From Anaeromyxobacteraceae bacterium (GTDB taxonomy: Bacteria > Myxococcota > Myxococcia > Myxococcales > Anaeromyxobacteraceae), in assembly GCA_047602405.1 (NCBI GenBank), contig JASGHJ010000002.1, positions 1,664,001 to 1,728,000 of the forward strand: a stretch of DNA of 64,000 nt. The letters run 5' to 3'. Under the pieces are notes generated by a model. That model had not been told where the DNA came from, ran no database searches, and was given only the letters and a program-made list of their open reading frames with translations. Shown in pieces: positions 44,973 to 54,979 of the stretch (position 1 is the first letter of the stretch; every line of letters begins with the position of its first letter). Position numbers and translations under genes: made by a program.

Positions 44973-47900
44973 TACGCCCGGATGATGCTTCGTGAGGGCC
45001 CCTCCGGCGAGCCCCCGGGCCGGCCCGCATCCCCCTCCGGGAGCCGGAAGGTCGCCACCATGGAGGACAGCTCCTCGGCCTGGCTGGAGAGCTCGGCCAC
45101 GGTGGAGCTCGTCTCCTCGGCGCTCGCGGCGTTCTGCTGGGTGACCCGCTCGACCTCCGCGATGGCGCCCGCGATGCCCTCCACCCGCGTCGACTGCAGG
45201 CGGGCCTGGTCGCGCAGGCCGGAGATGGCCCCCACGACCTCCCCGACGCCCGCGGCGATCTCGCCGAGCCGCGCGTTCACGCGGACGCCCACCGCGCGGC
45301 CGCCCTCGGCCTCGGCCACCGAGGCCTTGATGAGCTTCTCGGTGCGCATCGCGGCGTCCTTCGAGCGGAGCGCGAGCGAGCGCACCTCCTCGGCGACGAC
45401 CGCGAACCCCCTCCCCGCCTCGCCGGCGCGCGCGGCCTCGACCGCGGCGTTGAGGGCGAGGAGGTTCGTCTGGAACGCGATGTCGGTCATGTCCTTCAGG
45501 ATGTGCTCGGTCCCCTCGGCGGAGGTCCGCACCCGCTGCATCGCGCCGTCCATCTCGGCGGCGAGCACCTCGCCCTCGCGCGCCTTCGCCTCCGCCTTCG
45601 TGGCGAGGGCCGCGGCGCGCTCCGCGTCGCCCGCGCTGTCGCGGGCCGCGACGGCCATCTCCGACAGCCTCGCGGACGCGTCGGAGACCGCGTGGGCCTG
45701 CGTGGAGGCCCCGTTCGCGACCGCCTGGGCCGCGCCGGCGATCTGCGACGAGCCGCCGGACACCTGGTGGGCCGCCTCGGCGACCTGCGCGATCGACTGG
45801 CCGAGCGCCTGGCCGGTCGCGTTGACCGCCCGGGCGAGCCGGGCGTGGTCGCCCGCGAACCGCCCCTCGACGCGGGTCGAGAGGTCGCGGCGGGAGAGCG
45901 CCTCGAGGGCCTTCAGGGTCGCCTCGACCGGCGCGGTGACCGCGTCGAGCGTGCGGTTCATGCCCTCGACGACCTTGCGGTACTCGCCCTGGTGCCGGGC
46001 CGACTCCGCGCGGGCCGAGAGGTTCCCCTCCACGCCGGCGCGGGCGAGCACCTCGACGTCCTGGACGAGCGCCCGGATCGCCGCGGACGCCCGGGCGAGG
46101 CTCTCCTGGACGCGCGCGAAGTCCCCGGGGTAGCGGCCCTCGACGCGCTCGGGGAGGTCGCCGTGGGAGATCCGGTCGAGCGCCTCGCTGGCGGCGCCGA
46201 CCGGGGCGAGCACCGCGTCGAGGGTGGCGTTGACGCCCTCCACGATGCGGCGGAAGTCCCCGCCGTGCCGGCCCGCGTCGGCGCGCGCCTCGAGGCGCCC
46301 CTCGACCGCGGCCAGCGAGAGCATGGAGGCGTCGGCGACGAGCGCCCGGATCGCCTCGCTGCACCGGTCGAGGCTCGACTCCACCCGGGCGAAGTCGCCT
46401 CGCCAGCCGGCCGCGAGCGGCGGGGGGATGTCGCCCGCCGCGATCCGCTCGACCTGCTGGGCCGCCACCGAGAGCCGGGACACGAGCGCCTCGACGGCCG
46501 CGTTGGTGGCGTTCACGACGTCGAGGTACGCGCCCCGGAAGCGGGCGGTGTCGGCGCGCTCGGCGAGCCTGCCCTCGACGACGTGCGCCCCGAGCCGGGC
46601 GACCTCGTCGTGGATGGCGGTCACGGCCTCGCGGATGCCGAGGAAGCTGCGGGTGAGGGCGTCGGCGTCCGAGCGCGGCACGAGCGCCTTCCCGAGAATC
46701 GCCCCGCGCGATCGCCTCGGCCGCCGTGGAGGTCTCCCGGAGGTAGTCGAGGGTGGACCGGAAGGCGTCGGCGAGCCGGCCCACCTCGTCGCCGCTCCGG
46801 TGGGTGACCTCCGCCGTCACGTCGCCCCGCGCGATGCGCTCCGCGGCGCCGGCCATCTCCTCCACGGGCCGGGCGATGTGGAGCGCGGCGCGGCGCGCGA
46901 CCGAGGCCGCCGCGCCGAGGAGCGCGAGCGTCACGAGCAACACCGCGAGGCCGCCGAGGAGCAGCGTGCGGTGCATCCCGGCGGAGGCCTCGAGCGCCTC
47001 GGCGCGGGAGAGGTCCGCGAGGATCACGAAGTCCCAGGGCTCGAAGTACGCGACCGCGCCCAGGCGGGCGTCCACCGCGCCGCCCTTCCCGGCCGCCTGC
47101 CGGTCGAAGCGGGCGAGGGCGGTCCCATCGAGGGCCTTTGCCGCGTCGAGGAGGCCCGGCAGCCAGGGCTTCCCGGTCGCGTCCGGCTCCTCGAGGAACG
47201 TCTTGCCCTCCTCCGCCGCGTCGGGGCCCATGAGAAGCTTCCCGCGCTGCGCGCCCGAGGCGCCGTAGACCGCGACGTACCCGGTCTGCCCGATCCGCGT
47301 CTCGGCGATGGCCGTGCGGATGCTGTCGAGCGCGTCGAGGCGGATGCCGACGAAGAGCATGCCGGAGACGGCCCCGGTGGCGTCGCGGAGGGGCTCGTAG
47401 GACGTGAGGTACCAGGCGTCCACCACGAACGCGCGGCCGTCGTACCGGTTCCCGGCGAGCACGGCGGCGGTCACCGCGTTCGGCTTGCCGGAGGGGTCGA
47501 CCGCGGGGATGTACGTGCCGATGGCGCGCTCGCCCTTCGCGTTCGCGACGCTCGTGGCCACGCGCAGCATGTCGCCGCGCGCGTTCATGCGCTGGAAGAG
47601 CGTCACCTTCGCGCCGGTGAGGCGCGAGACGTCGTCGACGAGCGGCAGCCGCATCGCGAAGTCGTTCGTCTGCGGGATCGGCGTCGCGCCGAGCGCGAGC
47701 CTGGGGAGCTTCACCTCGACCGTGGACTTGTCGAGCTGGTTGACGGCCGTCCACGTGACCGCCTCCGCGGTGGCCTGGACCCCGCCGCCGCGGACGAGCG
47801 CGTCCTTCGCGACGCGAAGGGCGGAGCCCACCGCGCGGGACACCTCCGCGTGCGTGGTCTCGCAGACGAGGCGGAGGTCGCGCACGGTCCGCTCGACCCC

Positions 47901-48065
47901 GCCGCGCGCGAGCGCCTCCACGTCCTCCTCGACCTGGGCGCCGATGCGCCAGCGTGCGGCCACGAGGATGCCCGCGAACGCGACGGCGAGCGCCACGGCG
48001 GGGACGATGGAGACGACGAGGATGCGCTGACGGAGGGGGCGATGGTCGCCCAGGAGGCTCGACAT
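44972..48065 (-). CDS. Methyl-accepting chemotaxis protein (Cache sensor, multiple HAMP domains); apparent +1 frameshift at about 46697
   Basis: TM-Cache ([20 protein letters not shown])-TM-HAMPs; [34 protein letters not shown]; removing one base at GAATC (46696-46700) gives [12 protein letters not shown]. Confidence 0.9.
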
Positions 48066-48227
48066 GGTGCGGGAACCATTGCGAGAATCCGGCCCGCCGT
48101 CCTGTCGGTGCCGCGGCGCGTGGTCGCAGGTAACTGCCCGTCGAGTCTACGGTTTTTGGATCGATCCGCGGTCGGCGTACCCCCTGGGTCAGGGGTCGCC
48201 GCAACCCCCCGGGTTGGCCCGGGGCCA

Positions 48228-48566
48228 TCAGCGCGCGAGCGGCACCACGATGGTGCCGTCCTCGGTGACCTCGAGGGGGCGCTCGCCGGCGCGGGCGGAG
48301 GCCCCCTGCCCGAGGCGCCAGCGCAGCACGTAGGTCCCGTCGGAGAGCTTCACCGCGTGCCGGACCTCGCCGCCCGCGGTCGGCGCGGCGAGCTCGGCGT
48401 GGCGCACGGGCTCGCCCCCGCGCACGAGCTCCACCTCGAGCACCGCGGGCGCCGGGCTCGGCGGCAGGCCGTAGACGAGCACGACGTCGCGGGGCGCCGA
48501 CCGGAAGAGGAACACCCCCACCCCGACCGCGCCCAGCACCGCGACGAGCCGCGCGAGCGGCTTCAC
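48228..48566 (-). CDS. Small hypothetical membrane-anchored protein
   Basis: GTG overlaps the upstream TGA; N-terminal hydrophobic segment; normal codon bias. Confidence 0.6.
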   Translation of the reverse strand: MKPLARLVAVLGAVGVGVFLFRSAPRDVVLVYGLPPSPAPAVLEVELVRGGEPVRHAELAAPTAGGEVRHAVKLSDGTYVLRWRLGQGASARAGERPLEVTEDGTIVVPLAR

Positions 48567-49009
48567 TTCCTCGCCTTCCTCGTGGGCTTCCGGCGGGCGG
48601 TCGCCTTCACCTCCGGCCTCGGCCGCCCGGCCGCGTCCGGGCGGACCCGGATCTCGGCGTGGAGCTCGATCGTGCTCTCGGAGAGGGCCTTCAGGAACTC
48701 CCGCCGCACGGTCTCCGACTCGAGGAAGCGCCGGACCTCCTGGCCGAGCAGCCGGAGCACCTCGTCCTTCGCCGCGGAGGCCTGCGAGCCGACGAAGCCC
48801 ACGACCTCCTTCGGGAGCTTCCAGTCGCGCGCGAGCTTGCGCGCCCCCTCCTCCGTCATGAACAGGGCGCCCACGCCCGCGAGGAGCGCGCGCTTCACCG
48901 TCTCCGGGATGAGGCGCCTCGACTCCTCGGACGCGGCCTCGTCGCCGGGGCTCGCCTCCTCGCCCGCGGCGTCCTCGTCCTGCCCGAAGGGATCCCTGGG
49001 GAGCGGCAT
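48563..49009 (-). CDS. Hypothetical protein whose start codon is the group II intron insertion site
   Basis: IPETVKRALLAGVGALFMTEEG; normal codon bias; ATG formed at the intron 3' junction. Confidence 0.7.
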   Translation of the reverse strand: MPLPRDPFGQDEDAAGEEASPGDEAASEESRRLIPETVKRALLAGVGALFMTEEGARKLARDWKLPKEVVGFVGSQASAAKDEVLRLLGQEVRRFLESETVRREFLKALSESTIELHAEIRVRPDAAGRPRPEVKATARRKPTRKARK

Positions 49010-50937
49010 TGGTCGATCCTGGCGCAGTACCGGCCGTTAGGCCAGCCTGGTTCCAGGGCCTCCTTTCAAACCGTGCGTGCGGGTTTCCCGCACACGGCTT
49101 AACGATGGTCTTCGCGCGGCAGCTTGCGCGGGGTAGCGGACGCGGCCCATGCAGCGGTGCAGGCCAAGCTCGAAGAGACGTTCGAAGGGCCAAGCCTCGT
49201 ACTGATAGCGAGTCCGCTGACCACCGCGCCGATGGAGCCAGCGCGTGATCCGTTCGTGCACGTACCAGTCGACGCGGTTGAACTCCCGATCCGCTGTTCC
49301 GGTCCGGAAGTAGTTGGCCCAGCCCCGGATGACGGGGTTCACGGACGCGATGACCTCCTTCACGTCCTTCGCCCCGCTCCTGCGCACGTCCGTCAGCTCG
49401 TGGACGCGCTCGCGGACGCGGGTCATCGCCTTCGGTGAGGGCCAGCGGTGCATGTAGTGCCGGTCGGGGCGCCGCTGGATGCTGCGCCGCTTCCGGTTCA
49501 CGCACCCGAGGAAGGTGAAGCCTTCCTTTCCTCGCCTCAGATCGACGATCCGCGTCTTCTCCGGGTGCAGCGTCAGGCCGAGGCGCGCCATGATGAGCTC
49601 GACGCGCCGCCTCGCCTCGTTCACCTTCGACTCCGTCCCACACATCACGACGAAGTCGTCGGCGTACCGCACCAGGACGCCGAGGTGCTTGCACCTCTGC
49701 GCCCAGATCCGGTCGAGCTCGTGCAGGTAGACGTTGGCGAGCAGCGGCGAGATCACTCCACCCTGTGGCGTTCCCGCCACGGGGTTTCTCACCGTGCCCT
49801 CCTCCATCACCCCGGCCTCCAGCCACTTCCGCAGGAGCTTCAGCACCCTGCGGTCCGAGATCCGCTCCGCCACCATCGCCATCAGCTTCTGCTGGTCGAT
49901 GCTGTCGAAGTACGCCTTGATGTCGGCGTCGAGCACGAAGTTGTGACCCTGGTTGCCAGCCTCGCGGATGGCCTCCAGCGCCTGCGTCGCGCTCCGCTTC
50001 GGCCGGAACCCGTAGCTCGACGACAGGAAGTCGGCCTCGAAGATCGGCTCGAGCACCAACTTCGCAGCCATCTGCGCCACGCGATCCCGCACCGTCGGGA
50101 TCCCGAGCGGCCGCTGCTTTCCGTCTGCCTTCGGGATGTACCGCCGCCTCACCGGGAGGGGGCGGTATTCGCCTGCCAGGAGATCGGCCTGGATCCCTTC
50201 GAGGAACGCCTCGACTCCGCTCTCCTCGATGGCCCGGATGGACTCGTCGTCCACCCCTGCCGCGCCTCCGTTGCTGCGCACCCGCTTCCACGCTTCCCGC
50301 AGGACGTCACCCCTGCAGATCCGGTCGTACAATGCGTGAAAGCGCCGCGTGCTGCTCCGCTTGGCGGCCACGTAAAGCCGGCGCTGGAGTTCTCGCACTT
50401 TGTCGATGGGGGTGTTGGGCCTCACGGCCATGCCCTCGCGCTTACCCCCAGTGCCGACGCGACCAAAGCAGGGCCCCTTCCCTCCGCGCGGTTATCCCGC
50501 GCCTCACCGGTACTACGGGCCCCTCGGACTCCCTTCCGGCTCCTCGCGCTTTCGACTCCCGTCTTATGCGCTCGGTCTCTGCCCGACGCGGGCTGCCGGC
50601 GAGGGTCTCTCGTGTTCCACACCGATCCTTCGCGACGTGCCGCCGCCCCTACCCCGGGGAGCCCCAGCGTCCGTTCCGGACCAAGGACGCTGTGCATCGC
50701 CTTCGCCGTGGCATGACCGGCTCGGCGCTCCCGAACACCTTTCGGCTGAGGATTTGTCGAGGCTGAAGCGTTCACCTTGTTGCGGCCCGCCGCTTCGCTT
50801 CCTCCGTACGTGAGGCTTTCGACGCACCGCTCGGCATGCCCGGTCTCCCGGACAAGCTGGTGCCTGCTTCCGGGCTCTCCGGCGATTACCCGGACCGGAC
50901 TCTCACCGGCTGGATCGGTGCAGCTTCCACGACGCAC
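49008..50937 (-). mobile_element. Group II intron (IIB-like domain V), retroelement
   Basis: 5' GTGCG at 50937; DV AAGCCGTGTGCGGGAAACCCGCACGCACGGTTT (AGC triad) at about 49068-49100; DVI ending ACCAAT; internal RT ORF; boundaries +/-1 nt. Confidence 0.9.
49037..50431 (-). CDS. ltrA: Group II intron reverse transcriptase/maturase (no En domain)
   Basis: GAAGVD, IPKADGKQRPLGIPTVRDR, SYGFRP, GTPQGGVISPLLAN, RYADD, RGWANYF. Confidence 0.95.
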   Translation of the reverse strand: MAVRPNTPIDKVRELQRRLYVAAKRSSTRRFHALYDRICRGDVLREAWKRVRSNGGAAGVDDESIRAIEESGVEAFLEGIQADLLAGEYRPLPVRRRYIPKADGKQRPLGIPTVRDRVAQMAAKLVLEPIFEADFLSSSYGFRPKRSATQALEAIREAGNQGHNFVLDADIKAYFDSIDQQKLMAMVAERISDRRVLKLLRKWLEAGVMEEGTVRNPVAGTPQGGVISPLLANVYLHELDRIWAQRCKHLGVLVRYADDFVVMCGTESKVNEARRRVELIMARLGLTLHPEKTRIVDLRRGKEGFTFLGCVNRKRRSIQRRPDRHYMHRWPSPKAMTRVRERVHELTDVRRSGAKDVKEVIASVNPVIRGWANYFRTGTADREFNRVDWYVHERITRWLHRRGGQRTRYQYEAWPFERLFELGLHRCMGRVRYPAQAAARRPSLSRVRETRTHGLKGGPGTRLA

Positions 50938-50963
50938 CATGACCCCATCCTAGCGCGTCGGGG

Positions 50964-52044
50964 CTACCGCGGCGCGCCGATGACCGGGAGCTTCGGCGCC
51001 TTCACGACGGCCATCGAGACCGCGCCGCCGACGTTGCGGGCGACGTCGAGGAACGCGGCGGCCTGCGGGCTGTCGGGGTGCCCGGCGACCACCGGCACGC
51101 CCTTGTCGCCGCCCTCGCGGATGGCGAGGTCGATCGGCACCTCGCCGAGGAACTTGATGCCCATCTTGGTGGCCGCGGCGCGGGCGCCGCCCTTGTCGAA
51201 GATGGCGGTCTCGGCGTGGCAGTGCGGGCAGACGAAGGCCGACATGTTCTCCACGATGCCGAGCACCGGGATGTTGACCTTGTCGAACATGAGCTTCGCG
51301 CGGATGACGTCGGCGAGCGCGACGTCCTGCGGGGTCGACACGAGCACCACGCCGGCGGCGCGCACGTTCTGGGCGAGGGTGAGCGGGACGTCGCCGGTGC
51401 CGGGGGGCAGGTCGAGCACGAGGTAGTCGAGCTCGCCCCAGCGCACGTCCTTGATGAGCTGCATGAGCGCGCCGGTCACCATGGGCCCTCGCCAGACCAG
51501 CGCCTCGTCCGGATCGATGAGGAAGCCGATCGACATGACCTTGAGGCCGTGGGCCTCGAGGGGATCGAATCTTCTGCCCGTCGGTGGAGGTCGGCTTCTG
51601 GTTCACGCCGGTGAGGATCGGCAGCGAGGGGCCGTAGATGTCGGCGTCGAGGAGGCCGACCTTCGCGCCGAGGCGCGAGAGCGCCACCGCGAGGTTGATC
51701 GAGACGGTGCTCTTGCCGACGCCACCCTTCCCCGCGCCGACGAGGATGATGTTCTTCACGCCCGGGGTCATCTGGGACTCGACCGCGCCCGGCGCGCTGC
51801 GCACGACGGCCGTGAAGGCGAGCTCCACCCCGGAGAAGCCCGCGCCGGTGAGCGCCGCGGTGACGTCCTTCTGGAGGGTGTCCTTGAACGGGCAGGCGGG
51901 CGTGGTGAGCTCGACGGTGAGCTTCACGCGGGTGCCCTCGACGGCGAGGTTCTTCACCATCCCGAGCGAGACGAGATCGCGCTTCAGCTCGGGGTCGAGC
52001 ACCTTCTTGAGGGCGGCGGTGGCGGCGGCGTTGTCGAGCGTCAT
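50964..52044 (-). CDS. mrp: Mrp/NBP35 (ApbC) Fe-S cluster carrier ATPase; apparent +1 frameshift at about 51568
   Basis: DUF59 N-terminus [45 protein letters not shown]; removing one base at GAATC (51567-51571) gives QKIDPLEAHG. Confidence 0.92.
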
Positions 52045-52487
52045 GGGGCGAGCGTTTTAGCATCCAGCGCGTCCACCCGCCATGCCCCGCGCTCGGCCAC
52101 GAGGAGCGCGTACCGGCCCTCCCCGAGCGCCAGGCGGGCGGTGCCGTCCTCGAGGGCGAGCGGGGCGCCCGCGGCCGCCCGCCGCGCCCTCGCGACCGCC
52201 TCCCGCCCCGCGGGTCCCGCCCCCGCGTGGTCGCGCGCGAGCCGGGCGGGGCTCGTGCGGGTGCGCCACCGCGCCGAGAGGAGCGCGCAGGCGCGCTCGA
52301 AGTCCCCCTCCTCCACGGCGGCGGCGAAGCGCGCGAGGACCTCCCGCGCCGCCTCGGCGTCGAGCCCGCGGGCCTCCGGCGCGGCGCCCACGGCGCCGTG
52401 GTCCCCGGCCCCGGCACGCACCGCCGGGCCGGCGCAGGCGGCGATCACCGGGGCGAGGACGAGCGCGGCCGCGCGGACGAGGTTCAC
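52041..52487 (-). CDS. Putative lipoprotein
   Basis: IAAC lipobox; [17 protein letters not shown]; overlaps the mrp start. Confidence 0.6.
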   Translation of the reverse strand: MNLVRAAALVLAPVIAACAGPAVRAGAGDHGAVGAAPEARGLDAEAAREVLARFAAAVEEGDFERACALLSARWRTRTSPARLARDHAGAGPAGREAVARARRAAAGAPLALEDGTARLALGEGRYALLVAERGAWRVDALDAKTLAP

Positions 52488-52535
52488 CCTCCGGCAGATA
52501 TCGCATCGCGGACCGGGGCGCCACGGTGCTAGGCT

Positions 52536-53979
52536 CAATGCCGATCGGTTAGCGCCAACCGATCGAGACCGATGGGGATTTTGGAGGCCGGGGCAGCAGA
52601 GTTGCCGCGGCGATCCAGGAGATCATGATGCGGCGATCGCCCGGAGGGCGATCCCATGCCGCGTCGCCCCGTTTCCGCCCAAGAGGACAGCTCGGGCGAG
52701 TTGCTGGATAGGTTCCAGGCGAGCCTCGATCCCGAATGGATCGAGGAAGCCCTTCAGGCCACCGGGACGGCCACCATCCGCCGGCGCCGCCTTCCAGCCG
52801 AGCAGGTCGTCTGGCTCGTGCTCGGGATGGGCATCTACCGTAACAAGCCCATCGCCGAGATCGTCGCGGAGCTCGATCTCGCGCTACCGGGGCGGCGCCC
52901 GCGCGCGGCCTCGAGTTCGGTGACCCAGGCGCGCGAGCGGCTGGGCAGCGAGCCCATCCGCTGGCTGTTCGAACGCAGCGCCGAAAAGTGGGCGCACGAG
53001 AGTGCGCGCCGGCACGCGTGGCGCGGGCTCGCCGTCTACGGCGTGGACGGCACGACCGTCCGTCTCCCGGACTCCGAAGCGAACCGCGATCATTTCGGCT
53101 ACGCCGTGAGCTCCCGAGGCGAGAGCGCGTATCCGATGGCACGCCTCGTCACGCTGATGGCCCTCCGCTCGCACCTGCTGGCGGCGGCCCGCTTCGGTCC
53201 ACAGTCGGGCAGCGAGAATCGCTCTCGCCAGGGAGTTGTGGCCGCTCGTGCCGGACGAGTCGCTGTGCATCGTGGATCGCAACTTCCTCTCGTCGGCGCT
53301 GCTCATCGGCATTGCGAGCCACGGGCATCGAAGGCACTGGCTCATCCGCGCGAAGAGCGACACGGCCTGGAAGGTAGTCCGCTCGCTCGGGCGCGGCGAC
53401 TGGCTCGTCGAGAAGACCGTCCACCGGGACGCCCGCCGAGAGAACCCTGACCTCCCCGAGCGCTGGGAGATGCGGGCAATCCGCTATCAGCGGAAGGGCT
53501 TCAAGCCTCAGACCCTGCTGACGTCGATGACGGACCCGGAGGTTTACCCGGCGGCCGAGATCGTCGCGCTCTACCACGAGCGCTGGGAGATCGAGCTCGG
53601 CTACGACGAGGTCAAGACTGTCATGCTCGACCGCGAGGAGACGACGCGCAGCAGGACTCCTCGCGGCGTCTCCCAGGAGCTCTGGGGCCTCGCCCTCGCG
53701 TACAACCTCGTCCGGCTCGAGATGGAGCGCATGGCCGAGGACGCCGGCGTCACGCCCGACCGCGTCAGCTTCAAGAACGCGCTCATGTACATCGAGCACG
53801 CCCTCCTAACGCTCTCCCTAGAGAGCGCGGGACGCATCCCGGAGCACCTCCGCCGCCTCCGGGAAGACGTCGTGCACTTCATCCTGCCGAAGCGACGGCT
53901 GCGGTCCTACCCGAGGGCCGTGAAGATCAAGATGAGCAACTACCCCCGGAAACGCCGAGGGCTTAAGTGAGCGGCATTG
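52536..53979 (+). mobile_element. IS4-family insertion sequence (1444 bp) with 10-bp target site duplication
   Basis: IRL CAATGCCGATCGGTTAG, IRR (reverse complement) CAATGCCGCTCACTTAAG; direct repeat GTGCTAGGCT at 52526-52535 and 53980-53989. Confidence 0.93.
52656..53970 (+). CDS. IS4-family DDE transposase; apparent +1 frameshift at about 53217
   Basis: [39 protein letters not shown] (YREK); removing one A from GAATC (53216-53220) gives [11 protein letters not shown]. Confidence 0.92.
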
Positions 53980-54000
53980 GTGCTAGGCTCGGCCGCACGC

Positions 54001-54949
54001 ATGCTGAGGGTGCTCCGGGCGGAGGGCGGGCGGGTGATCTCGGGCGGGCGCGAGCTCGTCCGGCCCGGCGCGCCCACGTGGATCGACTGCGACCCGTCCG
54101 ACGAGAACCTGGCGTTCCTCCGCGACACCTTCGGGTTCCACCCGCTCGCGCTCGAGGACTGCCAGACCGAGGACCAGCGGCCGAAGCTCGACCTCTACGA
54201 CGGCGCGAGCTTCCTCGTCGTGCACCGCCTCCAGCTCGCCCCGACCGACGCCGAGATCGTCCCGCTCGAGGTGGACACGTTCCTCACCGCCGAGGCGCTC
54301 GTCACCGTCCACAAGGAGCGGATCCCGGAGATCGACGCGCTCGTCTCGCGGTGCGAGGCCGACGCCGCCCTCCTCGCCCGCGGCGCCGACTTCGCGCTCT
54401 ACCTCGTGCTCGACGGCTTCGTGGACGCCCACTACACGCTCGTCGACGCGCTCAACGAGCAGATCGACGCCTTCGCCGACCACGTGTCCGGCGGCCACGC
54501 GCTGCGGGACCCCGACGGCACGCTCGAGCACGTGGTGGCCGCCCGCCGCGCGCACGGGGTGCTGCGCCGCCGGCTCGCCCCGCAGCGCGAGGTCCTGCTC
54601 GGGCTCGCCCGACCCGGCCAGACGTTCGTGAAGGAGCAGACGCAGCTCTACTTCCGCGACGTCGTCGACCACACCATCCGGCTCACCGAGGAGGTCGACA
54701 ACGGGCGGGAGCTCCTCGCCTCGGTGACCGACGTCCTCCTCTCCCGCCAGAACAACCGGCTGTCGGCCATCAGCGCGCGGCTCACCCTCATCGCGACGAT
54801 CTTCCTGCCGCTCAACTTCATCGTGGGCTTCTTCGGGATGAACCTCGACGTGCTCCACCCGGCGGCCGCGGTGCCGGTGGTCGTCGCGTCGAATCGTCCT
54901 CCTGCCGCTCGGCCTCTGGCTCTTCTTCAGGCGCAAGGGCTGGCTCTGA
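54001..54949 (+). CDS. corA: CorA-family Mg2+/Co2+ transporter; apparent +1 frameshift at about 54892
   Basis: FHPLALED, QRPK, YFRDVVDH, FLPLNFIVGFFGMN; removing one A from GAATC (54891-54895) restores the second TM segment and FRRKGWL-stop. Confidence 0.9.
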
Positions 54950-54979
54950 GCGCGGCCCCGCCGGTCCGCCGGGGCGGCT

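Noticed and set aside
44415..48065. 1216-aa ORF that looks like a Cache sensor fused to a tyrosine phosphatase
   Set aside because: The GAATC frameshift moves the MCP N-terminus into the phosphatase frame; once corrected they are two genes.
49037..50431. RT as a retron, DGR, CRISPR-associated or defence RT
   Set aside because: It has group II maturase motifs and is flanked by GTGCG and canonical DV/DVI. No msr/msd, TR/VR pair or cas genes were seen.
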